DNA of 64,000 nucleotides, taken from contig JBAQNN010000001.1 in the NCBI GenBank assembly GCA_049303835.1, forward strand, positions 1,762 to 65,761, given 5' to 3'. This stretch comes from Minisyncoccia bacterium. GTDB lineage: Bacteria > Patescibacteriota > Minisyncoccia > Phycocordibacterales > UBA9973. How positions within the stretch are numbered: position 1 is the first letter of the stretch; each line of letters begins with the position of its first letter. The notes beneath the pieces are model-generated. The model worked only from the letters and a program-made list of their open reading frames with translations, was not told the origin of the DNA and did not search any database. Below are positions 10,998 to 20,090 of this stretch, in pieces. A program made the translations under genes and the position numbers.

Positions 10998-13250
10998 ATG
11001 CGACTTAAATCACTTTCATTAAATGGTTTTAAATCTTTTGCACAAAAAACTGTTTTAGAGTTTGATAGTGCTATTGTTTCTATCGTAGGTCCGAATGGAT
11101 CAGGTAAATCAAATGTCGTAGAAGCTATTCGTTTTGTGTTGGGAGAACAGTCCATGAAGTCTATGCGTGGGAAGGGAGGTTCAGATCTAGTTTTTAAGGG
11201 ATCAAAAGATTTACCAAAAGGGTCCAGGGCGGCTGTGACTATTTATTTTGATAACACGGATAAGGTTTTTAAACTGACTAATGACGGAGGGGAGAATATC
11301 AATCTGGATTACGATGTTATCTCAATTTCTCGTGAAGTTTATTCAGATGGATTGAATAAATATATTTTAAATGGGACCGAAGTCAGGTTGAAAGATATTC
11401 ACAACTTACTCTCTTCGGTCAATATCGGTTCCTCTGGGCACCACATAATTTCTCAAGGCGAGGCAGATAGAATTTTAAATGCGAGTGCCAGGGACAGAAA
11501 GGAAATGGTAGAAGATGCACTCGGACTCCGAGTTTATCAATACAAAATAAAAGAATCCGAAAGAAAACTGGAAAGAACGAACGAAAACATGAAGGAGGTA
11601 GTGCTGTTAAGACGAGAAAACGCTCCGCACCTTTCTTTTTTAAAGAAACAAGTTGAAAAATTTGAAAAAACCAAAGAGATGCAAACAGAGCTCTCTCTTC
11701 TCTACGGAAAATACTTAAGAAAAGAAAATATTTATTTGGAACAAGAAGAGGTTAATTTAAAAACAGAAAAGGACAAACTACAAAATGAACTTACGGATAT
11801 CACCCGTAAAATTTCCGATACCGAAGATGATAATTCAGCCAAGAGCAATCCAAAGATTGAAGAACTACGAACCGTTGAACAAAAAATAAACTCTATTCGC
11901 GCTTTAAAGAGCGAAATGGAGCGTAAGCTAGGGCGCATAGAAGGAATGATAGAAATGGAAGAGAGAAGGGCCGAACAAAAGTCGGAAGTTATTGAAATTT
12001 CACAAGAAGAAATCAAAACTATCATTGATGATGTAAATGAGTCCATAGACTCCGCTTTTTCAAAAGAAAGTATTGGAGAAATAAGGCCTATTTTGGAGCG
12101 TATAAAGAATATTCTGAAGAAGTTTTCAAGGGAGGAAGGGAAAGAGACCAAGCAAAATTTTGAAATAGATAATTTAAGGGAAAATCAAAAAAGTATTTTG
12201 GAGGAAATGCGCGGGATAGGAGATCAGGAAAAAGAATTTATTTCTGTCATAGAAAAACTGAAAGAAGATTTAAATAAAGAGATGGAAGCCTTGCGTGATT
12301 TGGAGAGAGAAAAATTTGCTTTCAAGGTGAGACACCAAGAACTATCTTCTGCCCTGGAACTCGTTCTGATAAAAGAAAGTAATCTAAAAAGTCGTGGGGA
12401 AGCATTTTTGAATGAGATAAAAGAAGGAACTGCCTTGATTGGAGCTGATATTTTGTCTTACAAAAATAGAGAAGATTCTTCTTTGGAAGACGAAGAACAA
12501 TCTCCTGTAACCCAAGAAGAATTGAAGAAAAAAATTGAACGTATAAAAATAAAATTGGAAGATGCCGGGCTCGGTAATGGGGCAGAATTAACGAAAGAGT
12601 TTAAAGAGGTTTCTGACAGGGATGAATTTTTGGCTAAAGAGATGGAAGACATGGAAAAGAGCATAGAGTCGCTTCAAAAACTCATTTTAGATTTAAAAGA
12701 AAAAATAGATATAGAATTCAGGGAGGGTGTAAAGAAAATAAATGTTGAATTTCAAGAATTTTTCTCTCTGATGTTCGGTGGGGGACACGGGTCTCTGTCC
12801 GTAGTGGTTGAGAATAAAAAGAAAAGAAATCTCAAAGATTACGACGAAGAAGGAGGAGAAGAAATTGAATCCGAGGAAGAAGAAACCACCCCAGAACAGG
12901 GGATAGAAATAAATGTCTCTCTGCCACACAAAAAAGTAAAAGAACTCCATGCTTTTTCCGGAGGCGAGAGATCTCTCACTTCCATTGCGCTTCTTTTCGC
13001 TATGTCTCAAGTTAATCCTCCGCCCTTTTTAGTCTTGGATGAGACGGATGCCGCCTTGGATGAGGCAAACTCACGCAAATACGGGGATATGCTGGAGAAA
13101 CTTTCCAAACATTCACAGCTCATCGTCGTCACCCACAATCGCGAGACCATGTCCCGCGCTGGAATATTATACGGTGTTACCATAGGCTCAAATGAAGCCT
13201 CCAAACTCCTCTCTGTGAAGTTTGAAGAAGCCACCCAGATAGCTAAATAA
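10998..13250 (+). CDS. smc: SMC-like chromosome-partition ATPase (short, 750 aa, no obvious hinge)
   Basis: N-terminal 'LKSLSLNGFKSFAQ...IVGPNGSGKSNVVEAIRFVLGE' (SMC head with Walker A). Long coiled-coil (E/K-rich). C-terminal 'LSGGERSLTSIALLFA...LVLDETDAALDEAN' signature and Walker B. Confidence 0.7.
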   Translation: MRLKSLSLNGFKSFAQKTVLEFDSAIVSIVGPNGSGKSNVVEAIRFVLGEQSMKSMRGKGGSDLVFKGSKDLPKGSRAAVTIYFDNTDKVFKLTNDGGENINLDYDVISISREVYSDGLNKYILNGTEVRLKDIHNLLSSVNIGSSGHHIISQGEADRILNASARDRKEMVEDALGLRVYQYKIKESERKLERTNENMKEVVLLRRENAPHLSFLKKQVEKFEKTKEMQTELSLLYGKYLRKENIYLEQEEVNLKTEKDKLQNELTDITRKISDTEDDNSAKSNPKIEELRTVEQKINSIRALKSEMERKLGRIEGMIEMEERRAEQKSEVIEISQEEIKTIIDDVNESIDSAFSKESIGEIRPILERIKNILKKFSREEGKETKQNFEIDNLRENQKSILEEMRGIGDQEKEFISVIEKLKEDLNKEMEALRDLEREKFAFKVRHQELSSALELVLIKESNLKSRGEAFLNEIKEGTALIGADILSYKNREDSSLEDEEQSPVTQEELKKKIERIKIKLEDAGLGNGAELTKEFKEVSDRDEFLAKEMEDMEKSIESLQKLILDLKEKIDIEFREGVKKINVEFQEFFSLMFGGGHGSLSVVVENKKKRNLKDYDEEGGEEIESEEEETTPEQGIEINVSLPHKKVKELHAFSGGERSLTSIALLFAMSQVNPPPFLVLDETDAALDEANSRKYGDMLEKLSKHSQLIVVTHNRETMSRAGILYGVTIGSNEASKLLSVKFEEATQIAK

Positions 13251-13263
13251 ATTTTATTTTTTA

Positions 13264-15198
13264 CTAAGTTGATATCTCTTCTAGTTTTATTGTTTCTTCT
13301 TTGCCCGGAGTTATTTTATCCAATTGAAAAGCGGAGTTTAGTTGGGTAGCGTTTTTCTGCACAACCATGGATCCGTCTCTGTTTAATTTTATTTCTAAAA
13401 TCATCCCTTGCATGGTGGGTTTACTCCAAGACTGGTCAAAAATAAAATTGCCGAGCGAGTAAGCGATGAAGCCATTTTTATAAGTTTCAGTATCTTGTAC
13501 TACGTGCGGATGGTGTCCTATCACTATCTTTGCTCCGTTATCTATGGCTCTATGCGCTAGAGTTTCTTGCCTTTGATTGTGTATATTTTTATATTCATCT
13601 CCAAAGTGGAAAGAAACTATCAAGTAGTCCACTTGTTTTGATGCGGTGCTTATAATCTCATCAAAACGTGGATTATTAGCGAGAAGTAAGCCGGCTTTTT
13701 CAACTCCTGCTTCCATCCAATTTGGCCCGACATCCGAGAAGGCGAGATAGCCGATTTTCATTCCATATTTTTCAATAATAACAGGAGTTTCGGACTCTGT
13801 TTTATTTTGCCCTCCGCCAGTGTAAAGAATTTCATTTTCTTTTAAACGAGAGAGGGTATCGGCATAAGCGAGTCTACCCCAGTCTCCGACATGATTGTTT
13901 GCGACCGATAGGACACTTAGCCCGGCTCCCCTCAATGCCGGAATGACAGATGGATCCATTCTGAAAGAATAAAGATTTTTTTGATCAGCTCCTTGGTCAG
14001 AAGCGGGGCCTTCTAAGTTTGCGAAAGCGATGTCTGCTTTTGTAAATATTTCAGATAATTTTTTTGGCTCGCCCGTAGGGCTATGCCCGAGGGCTTTTTC
14101 AAAAAGCATAGAGTAGTTGCCTCCAAAATTTTTAATAACAGAATTTTCCACTCCGCGGTCAAGCATGATATCGCCCGCAAAAGCTAACAGCACAAAGTTT
14201 GGATCCTTTATACTCGGTATTCCTACTTTTTCCTCAACCCAGTCCGTGTTTGCATCAGCTTTCCCCCCATAATATATATTTTTTTCCAAATATTTTAAAA
14301 TGTTTTCCACATCTCTTTTTCTGTCAGTGCTACCGAGCAAAGTGATGGCGATGGGGCGACTGGTATTTTGTCCTAAGGGCAGAGAAAAGAGAGAAACGAC
14401 AGTTTGTCTGGCAGCATCAGTGTATCCACTCTTTCCTCCAATGTAGCCATCTTTGCTTAAAAATTGGCTGATGTTTGACCAACTGTGTTTTTTGTTGGAA
14501 TAGCTTCTTTTGGTTGTGATATCAAACAAGTCTGGTAACTGTTTGGTTATATATCCTGTCAATTTAAATATATCTGAAACGGTTGATTGATTGTTTGGAG
14601 AAAGACCGCTCGGGTCTTCAAAAAAAGTACTGGACATTTTCAATCCATCCGCCTTTTGGTTCATTTTAGAAATAAAATCATCTCTGTCAAAATACAAAGC
14701 GACTGCCTCCGCTGCGTCATTGCTTGATTCCAAAAGAAGGGGATACAATAAATCTGCTATCTTTATCTTTTCTCCCAATTTTAGTGCGCCATTTGTTCCA
14801 TAGGTGGCTAGGGCTTTTTTGCTTATGGCCGTAGTATCTTCCGGTTTTGCTATTTCCGTAGCGACTACTGCGGTCATCAGTTTGGAGACAGAAGCCAGTG
14901 GCAGTTTTTTATCTTGATTTTTGGACACGATCACTTCTCCGGTATCCAAATCACCCACCAAAAAAGCCTTGGCCGAGACCTTCGGACCAGTGGTTGCTTC
15001 TTTGTTTGTATAAAAATATTGAAATTTTTCTTCTTTGGGATTGATTACTTCTATGAGCGATGCTTGGCTGTTTTTTGATTCTATCGCACCCCTGTTCTCA
15101 AATATTGAAAACAAGAATGATGAAAAAATAAGTCCAGTTAATACTGAAAATATTATAAAAAACACCATTTTTATTTTAGCTTTAGCTACCATTTTCAT
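13264..15198 (-). CDS. fusion protein: N-terminal D-Ala-D-Ala carboxypeptidase (peptidase S11) plus C-terminal CapA/PGA_cap metallophosphatase-like domain
   Basis: TM/signal then 'LASVSKLMTAVVA' (SxxK) and 'LESSNDAAEA' (SxN). C-terminal 'IVSFHFGDEY...KIVIGHHPHVVQ' is typical of the CapA family. Confidence 0.7.
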   Translation of the reverse strand: MKMVAKAKIKMVFFIIFSVLTGLIFSSFLFSIFENRGAIESKNSQASLIEVINPKEEKFQYFYTNKEATTGPKVSAKAFLVGDLDTGEVIVSKNQDKKLPLASVSKLMTAVVATEIAKPEDTTAISKKALATYGTNGALKLGEKIKIADLLYPLLLESSNDAAEAVALYFDRDDFISKMNQKADGLKMSSTFFEDPSGLSPNNQSTVSDIFKLTGYITKQLPDLFDITTKRSYSNKKHSWSNISQFLSKDGYIGGKSGYTDAARQTVVSLFSLPLGQNTSRPIAITLLGSTDRKRDVENILKYLEKNIYYGGKADANTDWVEEKVGIPSIKDPNFVLLAFAGDIMLDRGVENSVIKNFGGNYSMLFEKALGHSPTGEPKKLSEIFTKADIAFANLEGPASDQGADQKNLYSFRMDPSVIPALRGAGLSVLSVANNHVGDWGRLAYADTLSRLKENEILYTGGGQNKTESETPVIIEKYGMKIGYLAFSDVGPNWMEAGVEKAGLLLANNPRFDEIISTASKQVDYLIVSFHFGDEYKNIHNQRQETLAHRAIDNGAKIVIGHHPHVVQDTETYKNGFIAYSLGNFIFDQSWSKPTMQGMILEIKLNRDGSMVVQKNATQLNSAFQLDKITPGKEETIKLEEIST

Positions 15199-17177
15199 AC
15201 CAATGTATAATCAATTGTTTTTCTTTCTAAATCAATCCCTTTGACTTTTATTTTAACACGGTGTCCGAGACGATATGTTTTTTTCTTTTTTTGCCCGACC
15301 AGCTCCAGTTTCTTTTCATTGAAAACATAAAAATCATCTTCCATGTCTCGCATCCGGACTAGTCCTTCGCACTTTGTTTCTATTTCTTCCACATACATAC
15401 CCCATTCTGTCATACCGCTAACCACTCCATCAAAAATTTTACCCAAACGTTTTCCCATGTATTCTACTTGTTTATATTTGATAGAAGCTCGTTCTGCATC
15501 GGAGGCGCGTTTCTCTTGTTCGGAAGAGACCAGTGCCATCTTTTCATACTCAACAAATTTATCTTTGCTGATTTTCTTCTTCTCCAGATAATTAGAGAGA
15601 AGTCTATGGATCATAATGTCCGGGTATCGTCTGATTGGGGAAGTGAAGTGAGTATAATACTTAAAAGCGAGCCCGTAGTGTCCGATATTTTTTGTGGAAT
15701 AAATTGCTTTGGCCATAGACCTGATCACCGCTCTGTTTACAGTGTCTTCTTCATTTTTTCCCTCCAGACTTTCTAATAATTTGTTTATTTCATGGCTGGG
15801 AATGATACCATCTCGGAGGGATACCTTGTGCCCTAAACTGCGCAAGAAGAATGCCAAGTCAGCCATTTTTTCTTTGCTTGGCAAATCGTGCACTCTGTAA
15901 ATTGATATCCCTTCGTTTTCTTTTGCATTTTTTACACCCCTTCCATTCTTAGGGGAGAGAACTTCTGCCACTTTTTTATTTGCTAGCAACATAAATTCTT
16001 CTATCAATTTATTTGAATCTCCACGTTCTTTTTTTATCACTTTTATAGGCACTCCATTTGCATCCAAGACAAATTTTACTTCGTCTTGTTCTAATGATAT
16101 TGCTCCTTGGGCAAATCTTTCTTTGGTTAATTTTTTTGCTAAATCATTTAAGATAGCTAGCTCTTTGTGTAGAGGAGAGCCTGCTTTTTTTATGGAAATT
16201 TCTGCTTCTTCATAAGTAAATCTTTTTTGTGAATGTATCACTGTCCTACCGAACCATTCACTTTTTACTTTTGCATTTTTATCAATGATAAAAATAGCAC
16301 TCATGGTGAGTCGGTCTTTATTTGGTACCAGACTACACAGGTCGTTGGAAAGAACTTCCGGAAGCATCGGTATAGTTCTATCTACTAAATAAACAGAAGT
16401 TCCTCGTTCGCGTGCTTCAGCATCCAAAGCACTTCCGGGCTTTACATAATAGGAGACGTCGGCGATGTGGATGCCTATTTCATACTCACCGTTTGTGATT
16501 TCCTTGAAAGAAATGGCGTCATCAAAATCCTTGGCATCCGAGGGATCAATGGTGAAGGTCAAAGTTTTTCTCATATCTCTGCGTCCTTCATAATCAGCAC
16601 TTTTTATTCCATCTTGTTTTATTTTTTTGGCCTCAAGCTCTACTTTGTCCGGTAGCTCCGAATCAAAACCTTTTTCTATCGCTATGGCATGCATCTCGGC
16701 ATTGTTGTCGCCCGGTCTGCCCAATATTTTTATTACTTTTCCTTCCGGGGCTTTTCGGGAATCTGCCCAAGAAATTATTTCAACAAAAACTTTTTGTCCC
16801 ATCTTAGCACCATTCAAATACTCTTTTGGAATCAGAATGTCCGTGTACATTTTCGTATCATCCGGCTTTAAGAAAAATATATTGTTTCTTGCCCCGTCTT
16901 TGGCGGGGTCTGTCTCCAGCACTCCGGTAAAACGAGTTTTGGCACGAGAAATAATTTTAGAAACTTCCGCTGTCTGCCGTCCAAATTTTTTGGGATGCAA
17001 GATTATCTCTACCGTATCCCCGTGTAGGGCAGTGCCGAGATGTTTGAAGTCAATTTCTGGGTCTTGGCCCGGTTCTTTAATTCCTTCAATAGCTACGTAT
17101 CCTGTACCTTTAGCTGAAATAGAGATTATGCCCTTTAAGGTAGCTTTATTTTTTAAGTGTTTCATTTTTTTAAGCAT
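15195..17177 (-). CDS. rnr: ribonuclease R (RNB family 3'-5' exoribonuclease)
   Basis: 'RRDMRKTLTFTIDPSDAKDFDDAISF' RNB catalytic motif, N-terminal OB/cold-shock domain, C-terminal S1; 660 aa. Confidence 0.9.
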   Translation of the reverse strand: MLKKMKHLKNKATLKGIISISAKGTGYVAIEGIKEPGQDPEIDFKHLGTALHGDTVEIILHPKKFGRQTAEVSKIISRAKTRFTGVLETDPAKDGARNNIFFLKPDDTKMYTDILIPKEYLNGAKMGQKVFVEIISWADSRKAPEGKVIKILGRPGDNNAEMHAIAIEKGFDSELPDKVELEAKKIKQDGIKSADYEGRRDMRKTLTFTIDPSDAKDFDDAISFKEITNGEYEIGIHIADVSYYVKPGSALDAEARERGTSVYLVDRTIPMLPEVLSNDLCSLVPNKDRLTMSAIFIIDKNAKVKSEWFGRTVIHSQKRFTYEEAEISIKKAGSPLHKELAILNDLAKKLTKERFAQGAISLEQDEVKFVLDANGVPIKVIKKERGDSNKLIEEFMLLANKKVAEVLSPKNGRGVKNAKENEGISIYRVHDLPSKEKMADLAFFLRSLGHKVSLRDGIIPSHEINKLLESLEGKNEEDTVNRAVIRSMAKAIYSTKNIGHYGLAFKYYTHFTSPIRRYPDIMIHRLLSNYLEKKKISKDKFVEYEKMALVSSEQEKRASDAERASIKYKQVEYMGKRLGKIFDGVVSGMTEWGMYVEEIETKCEGLVRMRDMEDDFYVFNEKKLELVGQKKKKTYRLGHRVKIKVKGIDLERKTIDYTLV

Positions 17178-17207
17178 ACCATATAAAGCTAAATTACCAA
17201 ATTTAGC

Positions 17208-17236
17208 TTGACAATCATGTCATAATGTGCTATACT
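17208..17236 (+). promoter_or_regulatory. near-consensus sigma70-type promoter (TTGACA, 17-nt spacer, TATACT) followed by AGGAGG RBS (17246-17251)
   Basis: TTGACA at 17208-17213, TATACT at 17231-17236, Shine-Dalgarno AGGAGG 5 nt before the ATG at 17257. Confidence 0.6.
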
Positions 17237-17256
17237 TGTAGTTAAGGAGGTATACC

Positions 17257-17784
17257 ATGAACTTCAACCGTAGCCTCATCTCGCTCTTCGTCATCATGTT
17301 CGCCCTCGCAACCCTCGTTCTCACCGGCTGCACGACCTCGTTTACCATGTCGTCTATCAACACTCCTGGCGGGCCGATCCAGGCCCACGGGGACGTCACC
17401 GTCGTGGAAAGGACGACGGACACGACGTTCCAGTCCGCCATGTCGGTGGACATGGCCAAGCATCAGGAACGCTTGGCCAAGATACAGGCTCGCGTGGAAA
17501 TCGCGCGGGCCGAGGCCGAGGCGGATGCCGCCAAGGCGAAGGCTCGAGCCGAGAACCCGTGCGCGAGCTGGTTCATGGCCCCCAGCTACTGCTATGGGTA
17601 TAGCGGTGGCGGGGTCGGCTACTACTCGAACGGGTCCGGAGGGAGCAACAGTTACTTCCGGACTGGGGGCGGAAACTACACGAATCCGTCTCGCCGACCC
17701 GGAGGAAGCAATACCTCCTTCGGAGGAGGAAACCCTCCCGGCGGCAACACCGGAGGAAGTGGCAACACCGGAGGGGCGCACTAG
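17257..17784 (+). CDS. lipoprotein (lipobox LTGC), coiled-coil then Gly/Ser/Asn/Tyr-rich tail; encoded in a ~65% GC island
   Basis: Signal peptide 'MNFNRSLISLFVIMFALATLVLTGC'. GC content switches exactly at the start codon. The antisense ORF 17242..17817 is a high-GC shadow. Confidence 0.6.
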   Translation: MNFNRSLISLFVIMFALATLVLTGCTTSFTMSSINTPGGPIQAHGDVTVVERTTDTTFQSAMSVDMAKHQERLAKIQARVEIARAEAEADAAKAKARAENPCASWFMAPSYCYGYSGGGVGYYSNGSGGSNSYFRTGGGNYTNPSRRPGGSNTSFGGGNPPGGNTGGSGNTGGAH

Positions 17785-17788
17785 TCGT

Positions 17789-17868
17789 CCCTCAGCCGAG
17801 CAATGCTCGGCACACACATCAACGACGTCGTTATGGGAAATCCCAAGCGACGTCGTTTTTAATTTGCC
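17789..17868 (+). terminator. GC-rich compound intrinsic terminator (GCCGAGC-AAT-GCTCGGC hairpin, then paired AACGACGTCGTT palindromes, then T-tract)
   Basis: Perfect 7-bp stem at ~17798-17814. Two copies of the palindrome ACGACGTCGT flank a 'GGGAAATCCC' hairpin, followed by TTTTT at 17863-17867. Confidence 0.5.
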
Positions 17869-17897
17869 TTTTTAATAATTTATGTTAAACTCTTTTT

Positions 17898-18206
17898 ATG
17901 TTAAAAATAAGACTTCAGAGAATTGGTAGGAAGAATGACCCGTCGTTTCGGGCCGTTTTGACTGATTCAAAAAACAGTACCAAGAGCGGAAAGTTTTTGG
18001 AAATTTTAGGCACTTACAATCCAAAGGCCGGAGAGAAGAATTTGATGGCTGACAGGATAAAATATTGGATGGGGAAGGGCGCAAAGTGCTCTGACACCAT
18101 GCACAACTTTTTAGTGCACGATAAAGTCATCTCTGGTAAGAAAATAAACGTTTTGCCAAAAAAGAAGCCTACCGTGAAAAGAAAAGAGTTGAAAGCCAAG
18201 AAATAA
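17898..18206 (+). CDS. rpsP: 30S ribosomal protein S16
   Basis: 'MLKIRLQRIGRKNDPSFRAVLTDS...GTYNP' is the canonical S16 N-terminus. Confidence 0.92.
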   Translation: MLKIRLQRIGRKNDPSFRAVLTDSKNSTKSGKFLEILGTYNPKAGEKNLMADRIKYWMGKGAKCSDTMHNFLVHDKVISGKKINVLPKKKPTVKRKELKAKK

Positions 18207-18292
18207 TATCCTATAATTACAGCAAAGCAGTGTCGGTCGTAAACTGCCAAAAAAGTTTTTTTAATTAAAAATATAAACAATTCTGAAACACT

Positions 18293-18652
18293 ATGGAAGA
18301 ACACGATAAGATATTTCTAGAATATGTGGTGAAGGCTCTCGTAGACAACCCGAACGATGTGAAAATTGATCGTACGGTGGACGAGATGGGTGTATTGATC
18401 ACTCTCACCGTCAATCCTGCCGACATGGGCAAGATAATCGGAAGAATGGGAAACACCGCCAAAGCTATCCGCACCTTGCTTCGCATCATCGGTATGAAGA
18501 ACAACGCTCGCGTTAATCTGAAGATCAATGAACCAGCAGGAAGCATGAGACCGGAGAGACCTATGATGGGTTCTACTGGTAGCGGACTAGGAGCTGCTCC
18601 TTCAACGCTAAAGACTGTGGATGAAGCGATGGAAGATTTGAAAGGAATCTAG
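18293..18652 (+). CDS. KH-domain RNA-binding protein (UPF0109 family, S16-operon associated)
   Basis: 'DMGKIIGRMGNTAKAIRTLLRI' KH GxxG-type motif. Position after rpsP is conserved in bacteria. Confidence 0.8.
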   Translation: MEEHDKIFLEYVVKALVDNPNDVKIDRTVDEMGVLITLTVNPADMGKIIGRMGNTAKAIRTLLRIIGMKNNARVNLKINEPAGSMRPERPMMGSTGSGLGAAPSTLKTVDEAMEDLKGI

Positions 18653-18674
18653 TTTCAATAAAAAATAAACATTA

Positions 18675-18707
18675 ATACCCTCACCAAATGGGGGTATTTT
18701 TGTTTTT
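18675..18707 (+). terminator. intrinsic terminator (ATACCC / GGGTAT stem plus T-tract)
   Basis: ATACCC 18675-18680, loop, GGGTAT 18692-18697, then TTTTTGTTTTT. Confidence 0.6.
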
Positions 18708-18784
18708 GACTTTTTTCATGAAGTATGATGTACTGAGAAAGAATTTAAGTACACCTGAAAGGGTCTTGAAAAGGAGAAGGTGAA

Positions 18785-18979
18785 ATGGCGGAAGACTTTC
18801 CCGTGGAGGTCGTCCTGACGACCCACCCAGAGGAAGATTCGTATCTCTCTCAGCGACGGAGGATTCTTCCCGGAGAGAAGTCCAAGAAGGATTTCCTCTT
18901 TCGCCCTCGTACCTGCAGATATTGTAGGAGGATGATGGTCGGATCTCTGTTCTGCCAGAGCTGTGGGCTCAGGCAGTAA
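18785..18979 (+). CDS. small (64 aa) zinc-ribbon protein (CxxC-x9-CxxC) encoded in a ~55-60% GC segment
   Basis: 'CRYCRRMMVGSLFCQSCG', AAGGAG RBS 8 nt upstream, codon usage (CCC/GTC/CTG/ACG) unlike neighbours. Sits where rimM is normally found. Confidence 0.4.
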   Translation: MAEDFPVEVVLTTHPEEDSYLSQRRRILPGEKSKKDFLFRPRTCRYCRRMMVGSLFCQSCGLRQ

Positions 18980-19079
18980 GGGCTGAGGACCCTTAAACCC
19001 TCGCGGCCGGTGGTGCTTTATATTAAGTGCCCCGGCCTTCCTTATTTAAAGTAGATAATTTTCGTGCGATAATACACAT

Positions 19080-19760
19080 ATGCGTTTTCATATCATTACA
19101 ATTTTCCCAGAGATGTTTGACTCTTATTTAAGAGAGTCTATTTTAGGGCGAGCGATCAAAGAAAAGAAAATTTCCATAAAATTCTATAATCCCAGAGATT
19201 TTATAAAACCTGTCCGCCGTGGCGGGGTGACCAAAAAAGATAATGGCTACAGACCCGTAGATAACCGGCCATATGGCGGAGGGCCGGGAATGGTCATGCG
19301 AGCTGAACCGATTTTGAAAGCAGTGGAAGCATCTTTGAAAAAAATTAAAGATAAAAAAGCGAAAACTCTGGTTATCAATTTTATCCCGAGCGCGGAAAAA
19401 TTTACTACTACTTTTGCTAAAACGTTTTCTAAAAAATATACAGATGTTGTTTTAATCTGTGGAAGATACGAGGGGATAGACGCGCGGGTAGATAAAATTT
19501 TAAGGACTAAAAAATTCTCCATCGGGGATTATGTTTTAACCGGGGGCGAACTTCCGGCCATGATTATCATAGATTCCATTTCTCGCCAGATTCCCGGAGT
19601 GCTCGGCAAATATGAGTCTTTGGAAGAAGAGCGTGTTTCAAGTAGTGAAGTTTATACCCGTCCGGAAGTTTTGAAATACAAAGGGAAAAATTACAAAGTG
19701 CCGAAAGTTTTACTCTCCGGCAACCATAAAAAAATAGAAGAATGGAAAAGAGAAAAGTAA
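19080..19760 (+). CDS. trmD: tRNA (guanine37-N1)-methyltransferase
   Basis: 'MRFHIITIFPEMF', 'GGGPGMVM', 'ICGRYEGIDARV', 'GDYVLTGGELPAM' are the SPOUT TrmD motifs. Confidence 0.93.
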   Translation: MRFHIITIFPEMFDSYLRESILGRAIKEKKISIKFYNPRDFIKPVRRGGVTKKDNGYRPVDNRPYGGGPGMVMRAEPILKAVEASLKKIKDKKAKTLVINFIPSAEKFTTTFAKTFSKKYTDVVLICGRYEGIDARVDKILRTKKFSIGDYVLTGGELPAMIIIDSISRQIPGVLGKYESLEEERVSSSEVYTRPEVLKYKGKNYKVPKVLLSGNHKKIEEWKREK

Positions 19761-19814
19761 TTTATAATCTATTTTAGAATTTTCTTTTCAGCTTGATTTT
19801 GCTATACTTTTGTT

Positions 19815-20087
19815 ATGGATATAAAGGATGTAGAAAAGCTGGCTGAACTGGCAAAAATAGAGCTTGGAGAAGATGAAAAAAAGAAAATTCTTTCCGACAT
19901 GGAGGGTATTTTGGAATATGTGAAAGTTGTGGAACAAGTAGAAGTAGAGGATACAAATGTTCAACACTCGGTGTTTAATATTTGGAGAGAGGATGAAATT
20001 AAGACTTCCGTTTTTTCTGATGATTTAATTATCAAACAATTTCCAGATGCACAAGATGATTTTCTTAAGGTTAAAAAAATTTTGTAA
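19815..20087 (+). CDS. gatC: Asp/Glu-tRNA(Asn/Gln) amidotransferase subunit C
   Basis: 'IKDVEKLAELAKIELGEDEKKK...EDEIK' GatC pattern, directly upstream of gatA. Confidence 0.85.
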   Translation: MDIKDVEKLAELAKIELGEDEKKKILSDMEGILEYVKVVEQVEVEDTNVQHSVFNIWREDEIKTSVFSDDLIIKQFPDAQDDFLKVKKIL

Positions 20088-20090
20088 ATT

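Noticed and set aside
17242-17817. 191-aa minus-strand ORF, plus a 116-aa ORF at 17525..17875 (+), inside the GC-rich island
   Set aside because: High-GC DNA produces long open frames on all strands. The plus-strand frame starting at 17257 has the promoter, RBS, signal peptide and lipobox, so these are shadow ORFs.
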